A stretch of DNA of 64,000 nt from Spirogloea muscicola. Taxonomy: Eukaryota. Below, one piece after another: positions 41,027 through 51,515 of the stretch. The notes beneath the pieces are model-generated. The model had not been told where the DNA came from. It ran no database searches and saw only the letters and a program-made list of their open reading frames with translations. Within the stretch, counting starts at the first letter, position 1. Each line of letters starts with the position of its first letter. The DNA lies in assembly GCA_009602725.1 (NCBI GenBank), contig WELB01000031.1, positions 21,861 to 85,860 on the forward strand, read 5' to 3'. A program made the translations under genes and the position numbers.

Positions 41027-43487
41027 CTATGATACAGGGACTGGCTCTGCCTCAAGATGCTTCTTGGCAACTGCCAAATGCTCTCTCCTGCTAGTAGCTG
41101 TTGCCTTGGTAACAAGGGGGGCCGCAACTTCCATGTACAGGTGATCAAACGCGATTGCAAAAACCGGCTTGCCCTGCAGGATGGTCTGAAGGTCCGCCCT
41201 CGAGGGCCTGGCCAGCATAGGGCTTCGTAAGTGGAAACCTTGGGTGTGGGGGGCTGCCTCATCGGGGAGGGCAACAACAGCCGGCTTCACAACCCTGACT
41301 CTGTTGCACATCAGCATAATGTCCTATATTCAGCATCTCCAAGCAAGGCAGGCGTCAAGGCTTCAGATTGTCCAGAGACCGGGGTATGCACATGAGCACA
41401 TAAGGCTATACATTCACACCCGCTCAAGGTGCAGTAACAGCACCCAATGGCCAAACGCCACCTGTACTCACCCACAGTGCAGGCTGCAAGAATACTTGAG
41501 CAGCTCAGGGCGTGACTGTGTTCTTCCACTGCAGCACGAAGTAGAGCAGCTTGTTGTGAGCATGGTGGACATCAACTGCTGGTTGTAGCATTTACCTCTG
41601 TGAGGTGCACAGCGAATTTACATGTTGATGTTTAATAGATGACAAGGTGGATGCGTCAGGCATGAGGTGAGGAGCAAGTTGACCTGAAGCTTGGCAGTGA
41701 CATCCGTATCCGCAGGCCAGACCATGAGCTTCGCTCGTCTGCATGAACATCGCCATTGGTAAGGTCGCCACTTTACAAGACACCAATTGGCTTACGCTCA
41801 CCTTGAGAGTTGTGCAAACTTGACAACACAGGAGTAAGAGTTTCAACTAAAGGCAGAAAGATACTGAGTATCAACTCTATAGGGAGGGCGAGGCCAAAGT
41901 CGTCGGAAAAGCCCTGCTAAATGTATCATGACAGCACTCAAATAAAGGAAGCGACTAAACTCAAAAGTTTATCTTGTACCTGCTGTTGGGAGTGTGATCC
42001 TGCAGAGCGGGTGACTAGGTTCGGCACCCTCTGTGTCCTCAACAACTAGGGACTCTCGAATCTTCGAGCTGGCAATCTCCTTACGATTTCTTGATGACCT
42101 CAGCAGCGGCATCTGCAGCCATCTTGGTGTGTTGGGCATCCTCTCTACAGTCTGGTGAGTCGCAGGATTGGTCAAGTCATGTCAAGTCAAGTAAGTAAAG
42201 CTGGAGCCAAGCAAAGAGAACGATCTGTACTTCAGTGGCCAAATGACCAGCAATACAAACTTGTGCACGCCAATGTTCTGTCCTTTATGGGTTAGCTGGT
42301 TCAGCAATACAGACATGTGCACGCCACGATGAGCTCTCTAGAGGGGTGAGATCTTGCTCAGCTTGCTGTGCCTGCCTTTGTGAAGGAGGCCAGGCTGCTG
42401 GGGAGGCCCACATGCTGTGACAGCACGCTCTCATCAGTAGCGACTCGAAGCTGCCCCAGATAGACACATAAGAGGCAAAAGTCATGCTAGGACTTGGTGG
42501 CAAAGTGCCACTTCAGGCTGTCTTTGACATCCTGCGTGTTGCAACGAGAAAATTGGGCTAGCAAGACCGGCAAGCAAGCTGAGCAAGATCAGAAGGCAGC
42601 AGGTGAGCACCCACCATAATGCCATGATTGCGTGCCGGCTGGCTGTTGACGAGCACACGGGCGGCCCACCTGCAGAATCTCACATACAGTGGTCACGGGG
42701 AGTCGAAGCCCGAATCTCATGTATGTCTGCCGGCAGACTCACAGCAAGGATAGAGGGTGCGCCCATGGAGTTCACTGAGCTAATCAATTGGAATCCGTGG
42801 CATGCTACAAGGCCGCAAAAGAAAAGTGAGAATGTTCACTGTGTTCTACCTGCTGGGTGTACATGGAAGAGGGCGTACTCACGCGCAGGATGTGGGCGGA
42901 TTCCACACAATGCCTGCCAGCACCACGAGCTGCAGGCGGCAAGGGCGAGCACACAGATTGGCCTCGTCAAGATCGCTTAGATTGAAAGCTTGCAACGTTG
43001 GAAAATTTCTCGTCGTCGTCCGCTCTCAAGGCGCACGGCAGGGGTCCATCCTCGCCCACAGGCGGAGGGAGGCGCAGCGGCAAGGTGGGACGGAGTGGCT
43101 GGCACCTCGTCGAAGCGGTCCGCGGGGCTGGAGTCGTACTGCGCGAGGTAGAGGCCGCCCAGCGTGTAGCTGTGGTGGGCGTCGAGAGAGACGATCAGCG
43201 TGTCGTGCACCGCAGCAGAGGTGCAGATTAATCCCACCGAGCGGGGGCGGCGCCGGGAGCAGGGCGGGGGTGCCTCACCCGAAGGCCTCGACGAGGCGGA
43301 GGTCCGGCGGGACGAAGCGGCGGGCGACGTCAGCGCGGACGAGGTGCAGCTGGTAGATGGCCCTGCCGGCGCGCGCGGGCCCGCGGCGGCGCCGTGGCGG
43401 TNCTGTGAAGACCCACGGCGGGCCTCGCGCGTAGTCGTCAACGCCGCCGCCGCCGCCGTTGCCGCCGCCGCCACCGCCGCGAGTCAT
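41027..43487 (-). CDS. NXD1: NEOXANTHIN-DEFICIENT 1-like protein (acetoacetate decarboxylase-like), multi-exon
   Basis: YARGPPWVFT, AIYQLHLVR...LRLVEAFG, YTLGGLYLAQYDSSP..FDE, LVVLAGIVWNPPTSCA, WAARVLVNS, VGLPS, LLKYSC and GKPVFAIAF. Stop at 41027. Confidence 0.92.
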
Positions 43488-43789
43488 GGCCGGCGCAGCC
43501 CGCGGCCGCGGCGCGCCCGGCGGGGCAGCCGGGCGGACCAGGTCAGGGTCTGGGATTTATCCCCTATCCATCCCCGCGCCCAGGTGGCGTTGCCCACCTG
43601 GATTGCCGGCCCGCGGCGGCAGCGGAAAGACGCGTCTCGGGATTCTTGTCCACGGCCAGACAATGTCGGGAACGAAGTCGACCGAGGGCCCTAGATCGCG
43701 AACCCCTTCACAACTCTAAAACCCAAGACCTAGTGGTGACTGTATGGCCATTCGTCGTAGTAGCCACTTGTCTTCACCAAATGACTTCA

Positions 43790-44525
43790 GCTTTTGTGTT
43801 GGAAGTCTCCCTCTTCATAAGTCAGCTTGTCGGACCTGTGTGTTCTCACCCGTGGGTACTTGAAGTCACACTGTCACCTTAGCCACCTCAGCATAGGGCA
43901 TCGTTTCATGTAGCCTCTCTTACTTATTGCAATGGGCTTTGCCTGAACAATATACCGGCTTAAATTGGCCTCTCTTGCATCTCATATGCTCCGCGCCTTA
44001 TCTCTCTTCCCTGCGTCAAGACAGAGCTGGGTAGGCTTAATCAATGACTCAGTTGCAAATGAACAAGCATAAGCTCTTCTGAAGGAGACAGTGCTAAGAA
44101 GAAGGAAATTCCGTATGTAAGAAAAAAATGTAGGCCAAATGGCCAAGTACAAAGGCAAGCACATCTAAAGATCTACATAACCTACAGCAGATTGACCCGC
44201 TCAATAACCACGGGTCAAAATATAAAGGTCACTGATCGATGCATGAATATTAGATGCCAGAAACGGAGCCCTTCTGCCACCAACTAGAGCTCGACCAGCT
44301 GGTGCAAGGCACTAGCCTGAGCACGCTGCAAACAGGCCGAAACTCGTCGTCGCAAGAGCAACAGATATGCAGCTGGCAAGCCCATCTCAGCCGGAAACAC
44401 ATCTGCACATCGAGTGTAGCCTAGATTGGCATTATTTTGAAGGGCGTGTGGAAACGAGGACCCAGACAGCCATAGCTGTCGGATGCCGCTGGCTGGAGCT
44501 GATCGCATTGGGGGTAATCGGAGTA
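43790..44525. mobile_element. Two tail-to-tail CRE-like 3' fragments (43790-44040 +, 44090-44525 -)
   Basis: 43840-43860 reads VLTRGY*. 44100-44525 is a reverse-complement near-copy of 11607-12025. Confidence 0.85.
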
Positions 44526-44599
44526 ATTGGAGTAGTGCCGCTAAGAGGTGCTAGCCTATAAGCACGAACAGAGCATCGGCAAACGGGACTCACCAAACC

Positions 44600-44900
44600 A
44601 AGTGCGTTCTCTTCTTCCTAGACTAGGTTACCTCAATGTGGCACCCGGGTCAGACAAGAAGAAGAGGACAGCTGTTGGCATCGAGAAATGTCGCCCATTT
44701 CAAACTTGGAGTACCGTTGGCCGTCTGAGGTGGGGAGTGCGCAAGCCAGCCAGATGGAGATCAAGCAGATGGTGTTTTATCAGCTTGCAAATCTGTCGGA
44801 CGTTGTTTCCCAAAATGGTTAATGTCGCCCTTTTGTCGTGACAAACTTTCCAATTGCACGAGCATACACACAAACCTCGTGATCTAATAGCAGCAAGCAT
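44600..44900 (+). pseudogene. Possible decayed Mutator-type transposase zinc-finger fragment
   Basis: Broken frames read KKKRTAVGIEKC-PFQ and VVTNF..HEHTH, reminiscent of WRKY/GCM1-like fingers. Weak. Confidence 0.22.
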
Positions 44901-45429
44901 GCAATTACATCGCACTTGTGTCTGTCACATCACCGGCATGAAGCGCAGCTGGAGGCAGCAAGCGGTTGTGTGTGATCCATGTTGTTGTGAAGTGCGTGTG
45001 CATTGTCCACAGAGACCTTCCTCTGGCGTACGAATGCCATGACGTAGCTTCATCATGTACCATACGTTATCTATCATGTCGGCAGAGATGTCCCTGCAAC
45101 ACATGCGACTCGCTTTTCGTTGGGATTGCAGAATGTGAGGAGCCGTGAAGGAACGAGCTGGCTCGTCCAGCAGACCAGGTCCCATGATTGAACAGCTGAG
45201 ATGACTTTTATACCAAAGCCCTAAGCTCGAGCCCGACGGTGCGACGGGCACACTCACCACACATCACACGCTCACATAAGAGAGCAGCTGGTGCACCTGG
45301 ATTGCACTGAGGGAGGCTGACGCCTGCGCTGGAGTCTCTGTGAGGTTTCAAAATTTGCAGAAGCAACAACTGTTCCTGGCTGTCTTGGTCCGGTACGGCG
45401 AGTCTCAGACGCCCAAGTGGCTAAGAAAT

Positions 45430-47443
45430 TGCTAAGCTTAGAAATTGCTCGCCCGTAGAGAAGAGGGGCTGAGAAGGGCCAGCCCAAAAAGAATGGACAA
45501 GATACAAAGAGCCAAAAGGTGCCGAAAAGAAAATATACGCAGCTAAACACGAGACGACGTAGATGGAGCTAAGGGTGCAGCATTGGGGGTACGGCTTTGA
45601 GATGCAATTACCCGAATGGCTCATATCTTCACGATGAGCATTTGTCAGGATGAGGAACCTTGGAGCAAGCTTCCGCCTGCTTGAGAGAGTACGCGGACCA
45701 CCCTCCCGGCGATGTCTTCGCGGCCCTCGCCATTGCCGTTCACGAGGCCTTTGGCAGTGGCTAGGTGGATCTCCTCCAGCGGTTTGCCCGGCAGACCATC
45801 GAGCGACAGCCGGGTTCGCCAGGCTTCATTGCTGCCGGCTCCCTCGCTCAGGCTAGTGCCTTGCACCAGAAAGCTGGGCGTGCTCTAGTTGGTGGCAGAA
45901 GTGCTCCGTTGGCATCTAGTATTCATGCATCGATTAGTGACCTTTATGTTTTGACCCGTGGTTATTGAGCAGGTCAATCTGCTGTAGGTTATGTAGATCT
46001 TTAGATGTGCTTGCCTTTGTACTTGGCCATTTGGCCTACATTTGTTTCTTATACACGAAACGTTCCTCGCTCACGTATTTCGGATGAAGCTGGCGGTCTC
46101 ACTCCAGCGCTCTTTGGCGAATTCTATGGGCGAGCTCTTCTTTGGCTCATGAGGTTCACACGCGCGCTGGCCGCTCTATGGCTGCTGCCTCAGGGTCTCG
46201 ACAGAGTGCCGCTTTTCCTGCTTCGAATTATTCTAATTTGCTGTTGCTAAGAATTCTACTGAGCATCCATCCAAATTTCCCTCTGCATCGTCTTGTGTTT
46301 TGTAGTGTAGTCCTTTTCGGCATCTTTTTGTTTTGGCTTTGGATGTTGTCCATTCTTGTTGGGCTGGCTGTGCCAGCCCCTCTTCTCTAGGGGCGAGCAC
46401 TTTTCTTTTCTTTTTGAGTGCCGCCGGGGACACGGCGACAATCTCTGGCAAGAAAAGAGCATCGGAACCTTCTGCCAAGAATTGGGTTGATCCAAAGGGG
46501 GCGAGGGGTTTGAAAAGGCAGCCCCAAAAAATAAGGCCAAGGACCGAAGAGGCCGAAAAGTGCTGAAACACACACACGTAAGCAAGTACCACGGAAGGAT
46601 CGTCAAGGTACTTTCTATCAAGCTAAGGCCTTGCCTTCACTTTGAATTGTGGTGGGGAGACAGAAGCGCCTCAAGCCCCCTGCACCACAGCCACGGCGGC
46701 TCTCTGATGCTCTTCCGACTTGCATCTTTTGACTAGAGGTTACTGAGCGTCCCCTTGCTGATGTCGTAGTCCTTAGCACTCCGGCTCCTTCAGACCTTGT
46801 GCATTCCTTGTGGGCTGGGCTGTGAGCATTCACTTTCAGGAGCCTAGCATCTCTGATCTGTGGCTGCGGCTGCTTAGCAGGGATTACTGAGTGATTTGTT
46901 GGGCTGGCCTCTCCCAGCAACCAGTTAATGTGGCCGCGCTTTCTTTAACCTGATGCGGTCCCGGTGCGGAGTGGGGGGCTGAGAGGGACCCGCAACAGCA
47001 GATCCACGAATGGCCGTAATGGGCTAGGGTAGGGGAGCAACGGTGACTCCCTCACCCACCGTGCCCTACCTCGAAGAAAGTGCTCGCTCATTGAGGATAG
47101 GGGCTGAAAGCCCCTATCCTCAATGAAAGCCCCTGTCCCCAAGCCTTTGTCCAAAAGCCAGCCCAAAAAAGAATGAACAGAGTACGAGAAGGGGGCCAGG
47201 GGAAGCGGTAAGAAAACAAGCACACGAAGAAACAAAGCAGCCACGAATCACTCAGTAACCCTTGCTAAGCAGCCGCAGATCAGAGATGCTAGGCTCCTGG
47301 AAGTGGGTCCCCTGGCCAGAGCCAGAGGCAGCAGCGAGGGCTCTGCCGGCACGAAGGTGCAGCGCGCGGGCCATAGACCTCTGCAGCGAGACGGCCAGGC
47401 GCATACGATACACTTGCGCCAGCGACCCGGCTGCAGGAAAGTC
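45430..47443. mobile_element. Dense nest of CRE-like RLE/3' end fragments from several families
   Basis: 45440-45560 - terminus; 45660-45968 + chimeric RLE ending VLTRGY*; 46080-46412 + RAGRSMAAASGSRQ with terminus; 46720-46945 + terminus; 47073-47443 - RMRLAVSLQRSMARALH...LLSKGY* with terminus. Confidence 0.87.
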
Positions 47444-47445
47444 NC

Positions 47446-48915
47446 CTAGCAGATAGCTCTTACATCTTCTGCAGGGGCGTATTTGATAGGATAGATGCAA
47501 TAGGGGACAGGATAGCAGAGGAAAAGAGGCTAATAGAAGGAGAAGCACAGGCGATCTCTGAGGCTGGTAAGACGCCCGTCAGAATAGAGCAACTGCCCAA
47601 CATAGGGCACCACCTCACCGTAACAAATGCAAGAGCCGCTAAGTTAAGAGAAGAACTAAGGGGCACAGATGTCATCCATGGCCTCTCCTTCAGGCATTTT
47701 AAGGTGACAACGAGGATCACATCGCACAAGATAGACCTAGCAAGCAAGAACATAATAGAACTCGAGGAAAGGCTCAGATCTCTGTCAAAGAAGTGCTATT
47801 GCTTGTCTATAACCAAGCTGCACAGAGAGTACGGCGACATGTTTTGCCGCGCTACAAAGAGCATCGCAGAACTGGATGTTATAAAGTCCAACTTTAAGAC
47901 CAGTATGCTGTACGGATACTGCCGTCCAAAGATCGACAATAGAGAGGGGTCTTTTATAAACGCTGCAGGCCTTCGCCACCCTATAATGGAGCGCATAGAT
48001 AAGGGCACAGAGTATGTGCCCAATGATATAAGCATTGGGGAGGGCCACAACGGCATTGTACTGTACTCAATGAACGCAGGGGGAAAGACGAGCCTGTTAA
48101 AGGCCTGCGGACTGTCAGTAATACTAGCACAGATAGGGGGCTTTGTGCCCGCTTCAAGCTACATCTTCTCCCCATTTAGGTGCATAATGACGCGCATACT
48201 GAGCGAAGACAACAGCCTGAGAGGGCAGTCGTCTTTTGTATCAGAGATGTCCGAGCTCAGAGGCATACTAAAGAGAGCCGACGGTAGAACGCTTGTTCTT
48301 GCTGACGAGATAACGCACGGTACAGAGCATACGTCCGGGTCTGCCATATTCACGTCGAGTGTTATTACGCTAGCAGAGAGGGCTGTAAACTTTGTCTTTA
48401 CAACCCACCTCCACAATGTCTACACTCTCATAAAAGACATAAGTAATGTTAGGGTCTGCCATCTCTCTGTGTGCTTTAGAGATGGTGTCGTTGTGTTCGA
48501 GAGGAAACTAAAGGAGGGGCCAGGTGATTCTATATACGGCCTGGAAGTCTGCGAGTCATTGAACATGGACGCGCAGTTCCTGGCCAAAGCCTTCGAAGTA
48601 AGGGGTATTATAGAGCACAGCTGCTGGCCAAAGATAAAGCAGAGCAGGTACAACACCAAGAAGATTGTGAGCACGTGCGAGATGTGCGGGTACTACAGGA
48701 AGGCGGTTACAGACATGCCCTTAGACACGCACCACATAAGAGGGCAGTGTACTAGTGACAAGAACGGCATGGTAGGTGACGTTGCCAAGGTTCACAAGAA
48801 CTCGAGGTCCAACCTCGTAGTGCTCTGCAAGCAGTGCCACACAAGAGTTCACACAGGAGGTGCATCTATAAACGGGTACATAAGTACAACAAGGGGCACA
48901 AGCCTTAGCTTTTAA
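47446..48915 (+). CDS. mutS7: MutS7 (MutS ATPase fused to a C-terminal HNH endonuclease), 5'-truncated by the gap
   Basis: The frame is open from the N at 47444 (LADSSYIFCRGVFDRID...). It has LRHPIMER, YVPNDI, Walker A SMNAGGKTS, SSFVSEM, Walker B LVLADEITHGTE, FTTHLH and GPGDSIYGLEVC. The HNH reads CEMC...LDTHHI...HKNSRSNLVVLCKQCHTRVH. Confidence 0.93.
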   Translation, partial: LADSSYIFCRGVFDRIDAIGDRIAEEKRLIEGEAQAISEAGKTPVRIEQLPNIGHHLTVTNARAAKLREELRGTDVIHGLSFRHFKVTTRITSHKIDLASKNIIELEERLRSLSKKCYCLSITKLHREYGDMFCRATKSIAELDVIKSNFKTSMLYGYCRPKIDNREGSFINAAGLRHPIMERIDKGTEYVPNDISIGEGHNGIVLYSMNAGGKTSLLKACGLSVILAQIGGFVPASSYIFSPFRCIMTRILSEDNSLRGQSSFVSEMSELRGILKRADGRTLVLADEITHGTEHTSGSAIFTSSVITLAERAVNFVFTTHLHNVYTLIKDISNVRVCHLSVCFRDGVVVFERKLKEGPGDSIYGLEVCESLNMDAQFLAKAFEVRGIIEHSCWPKIKQSRYNTKKIVSTCEMCGYYRKAVTDMPLDTHHIRGQCTSDKNGMVGDVAKVHKNSRSNLVVLCKQCHTRVHTGGASINGYISTTRGTSLSF

Positions 48916-49146
48916 AACACTTGTCACTATGCTAGCTATAATTGCAAGCGGATGCCCAGAAAAGTGGCGTAAACTTCTTACAGAAGGTGCCTTAGGTGAT
49001 ATTCTTGATCTTGCCTGATCCTTGTATCGAAGGGGTCGGTTTGCCAAGGTTCTGTACTAGCACCTGTACCTCCTAAGCTTTAGTTGCATGAAACTGAGTG
49101 TAGTACTCACAAGTGTGAGCACGTCTGGCACATTTGCAGCCCCAGT

Positions 49147-49605
49147 ATGGATGCTATAAATGGTATCATAAGCACAGACGTCAATAGTACGGTGAAATCG
49201 AGGATGTTAGTAAATGTTGTAAGAGAAAGAGGTGACATACTCTCAGCTACTATAGAGATATTGACAAAGAACAGCGACAAAGAGCTGCTAGCACTCTTCC
49301 TGACAGAATACGATAACCCCTTAAGTAAGAGGCGGAAAGTCATACATGCAAGCTCTGCATCTCACTGGACATGCAAAAAATTAGAGTATTTCATGATAAG
49401 CTTCAGAGACACAGGCAGTATATCAGATATATGTAGCGACTATAGCCTGACACCCAGAGCAAGATCCTTTATAGAAGCTAACAGAGATCTTACAAGAAGC
49501 CTAGGAGTGCATGTGCTCAGATGGACAGCGTCCATAAACCAACGATTGTGCTTGTGGAGACTCTCTAGGCGAAGGTCTTCCTCCTACATCTGTTATTATA
49601 CATAG
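49147..49605 (+). CDS. Hypothetical protein, virus-like segment
   Basis: Intronless ORF from ATG 49147 (MDAINGII) with the codon style of mutS7. No motif recognised. Confidence 0.55.
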   Translation: MDAINGIISTDVNSTVKSRMLVNVVRERGDILSATIEILTKNSDKELLALFLTEYDNPLSKRRKVIHASSASHWTCKKLEYFMISFRDTGSISDICSDYSLTPRARSFIEANRDLTRSLGVHVLRWTASINQRLCLWRLSRRRSSSYICYYT

Positions 49606-49702
49606 GTACCCGCTTGATGACAAGACGTATGACCTCTCTTAATTGTGGTAAGGAGACAGATAGTAGATATACTCGTCCGTATATGCGAATATATGTAGGG
49701 CT

Positions 49703-50200
49703 CTAAAAGTGCGCAAAATCTATGTTAAACGAGAAGCCGCCGTCTTTTAGGTGCAATTCTAGCTTTTGCAGGGCTTTGAGCCCTATGATGTTGGCATTCT
49801 TGTGCACATGCGGCGTCTCTTCTATGTTGGCAAGGAACGTCTCCACGTTATTCCGGAATATCTTGACATACACAGTGCCTCTTTCGTCTGTCCTCAGCAC
49901 GTCGTACTTAGATAGCTCGTTAAGTGTCCTTATAGAGAGGTATAAGTGTGAAGGTGCTCCTGTGTCGCAAACGAAGCTTAGCGGCATATACTGGCTGTCC
50001 TGCAGCTTCCAGGATACCCTTGCAATGAGCCTGTTGTGGCGACCAAACCTAGAGTGCATAATAAACTCTGAACAACAGTTGCTTGTAATCTCGTAGTCTT
50101 TTGGGTGCACCATGTTAACATAGTTGGGAGGAAAGTCTTTGTCATGTAACAGGAGCTCTTCGGCTGTATTAGATTCTATCATCTTGGACAGCGCTTTCAT
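49703..50200 (-). CDS. Single-domain clan AA (retropepsin-like) aspartic protease, putative
   Basis: SFVCDTGAP catalytic-type motif and downstream NIIG. First ATG after the upstream stop is at 50200. Confidence 0.7.
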   Translation of the reverse strand: MKALSKMIESNTAEELLLHDKDFPPNYVNMVHPKDYEITSNCCSEFIMHSRFGRHNRLIARVSWKLQDSQYMPLSFVCDTGAPSHLYLSIRTLNELSKYDVLRTDERGTVYVKIFRNNVETFLANIEETPHVHKNANIIGLKALQKLELHLKDGGFSFNIDFAHF

Positions 50201-50322
50201 ACGCCGCACGTTTGGCAGCCCTCAATTTATGCCATTATTACTACTAAAGCCCTCTACAGACGCATTAAATACGCTTCTGGCAAGATTGCAACAGGCTCGG
50301 CGCATAGTTTAAGAAGGCAAGA

Positions 50323-51144
50323 TCATCTTGTCTCTGATTCCGTACAGATATCCCTCCTCTCCTTAGGGTCAGTGTAGTCCAAACCTGGAACTACACGATC
50401 GTTCTGCGGCGGATATCTGCGTATAACTACAGACGAGTCTGGGAGCCCTATATCTAGTGATGCGATGTATGTCACAGGAACAACTGTGTGGTAAGATGTA
50501 AAACGCGGCATAGCGCGGACCGAGAATATATCACCACTTGTCCCAAGCTTGACATAGTTCTCGATAGCACCTGCAATTATCTCGCCTGCAATCTGGTATT
50601 CACCCCAAGAGGACCCCGGACCAGTATTTCTTATGTGTTTGTCTTCTTCGATCATGAGCAGTCTCCCTTGTTTCTCAACCGAGAAGCCGTATTCAGATGA
50701 TATTGTCTTGTGCCTGACTCGAAATGTATATACTGGCTTGAGCCTTATGGCTAGTGGGAACCTTCCTAAGCCTATCTCTCTTATGACATAGTCTATAAAT
50801 GTGTCCGTCTTGGACTCGTCAGTCCCACGTACTACCGCCTCATTTAGGACAACCTGATCAAGCAGCATTGCAAATTGTTTTTCGTCGTCTGATATGTCGT
50901 GTATGGACTTATAGTTAATAGTAGAGCAACCAGCAAAAGCCGTGTATTCTCTGTCATTAATGTATAGAGGGGAGTCTTTTTGATAACGCGCCTGAATGTT
51001 AAGATCTCTTATGTCTGCGACATCCTTGTATCTTAATTGGAGCGCTGATTGGTCTCTTATATTAGAGTAGCTAGTGTAATTGCTGAGGTTGTTTACCTTA
51101 TATGCCTTAGACTTTGCATCTGTGTTACTCCGTAGATCGTACAT
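50323..51144 (-). CDS. PD-(D/E)xK restriction-endonuclease-like protein, putative, possibly decayed
   Basis: ESKTDTFIDYV...LLMIEEDKH...GEYQIAGEIIA gives an E..ExK..Q pattern. ATG at 51144. Confidence 0.55.
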   Translation of the reverse strand: MYDLRSNTDAKSKAYKVNNLSNYTSYSNIRDQSALQLRYKDVADIRDLNIQARYQKDSPLYINDREYTAFAGCSTINYKSIHDISDDEKQFAMLLDQVVLNEAVVRGTDESKTDTFIDYVIREIGLGRFPLAIRLKPVYTFRVRHKTISSEYGFSVEKQGRLLMIEEDKHIRNTGPGSSWGEYQIAGEIIAGAIENYVKLGTSGDIFSVRAMPRFTSYHTVVPVTYIASLDIGLPDSSVVIRRYPPQNDRVVPGLDYTDPKERRDICTESETR

Positions 51145-51480
51145 TGTTGTGGCTATACAACCTATAGAGATAAACGAGGTCGTCACTTGGCAGCTCATCA
51201 GATAGTATGGATATCTTAAGCACTGCTCTTAAAACAGCTTCTTCCAGGATATGCTTACTAACAGCCACAAGCGGCCCAACCGTACCCAGTACAACTGGTG
51301 CGTGCAAGCCCTTGGGCTGCACAGTTATGGGTATACTGAGACCTCTTGTACAAGATGGCAAGGCGGAAGGAGGCCTGTCTTGACAGACCATGTCAGAGGC
51401 TCGCAATATAGGCCCATAACCAAGTCGTCTATTAAGGAACCACTCGCACCGTTAAAGCTGATAGCCCTAACGCAGGATAT
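51125..51480 (-). pseudogene. Probable frameshifted small ORF of the virus-like segment
   Basis: Two overlapping frames (ISCVRAISFNG... from ATA 51480 and ...GLSIPITVQPK...RSTE*) fill the space between neighbouring ORFs, with no ATG at the expected start. Confidence 0.3.
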
Positions 51481-51515
51481 TGTAGTTCAATTTATTAAAA
51501 CTCTCCTAATATAGG

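Noticed and set aside
47446..48915. Plant MSH1 or MutS2 as the identity of the MutS gene
   Set aside because: The C-terminus is HNH, not GIY-YIG or Smr, and the gene is intronless with non-host codon style.
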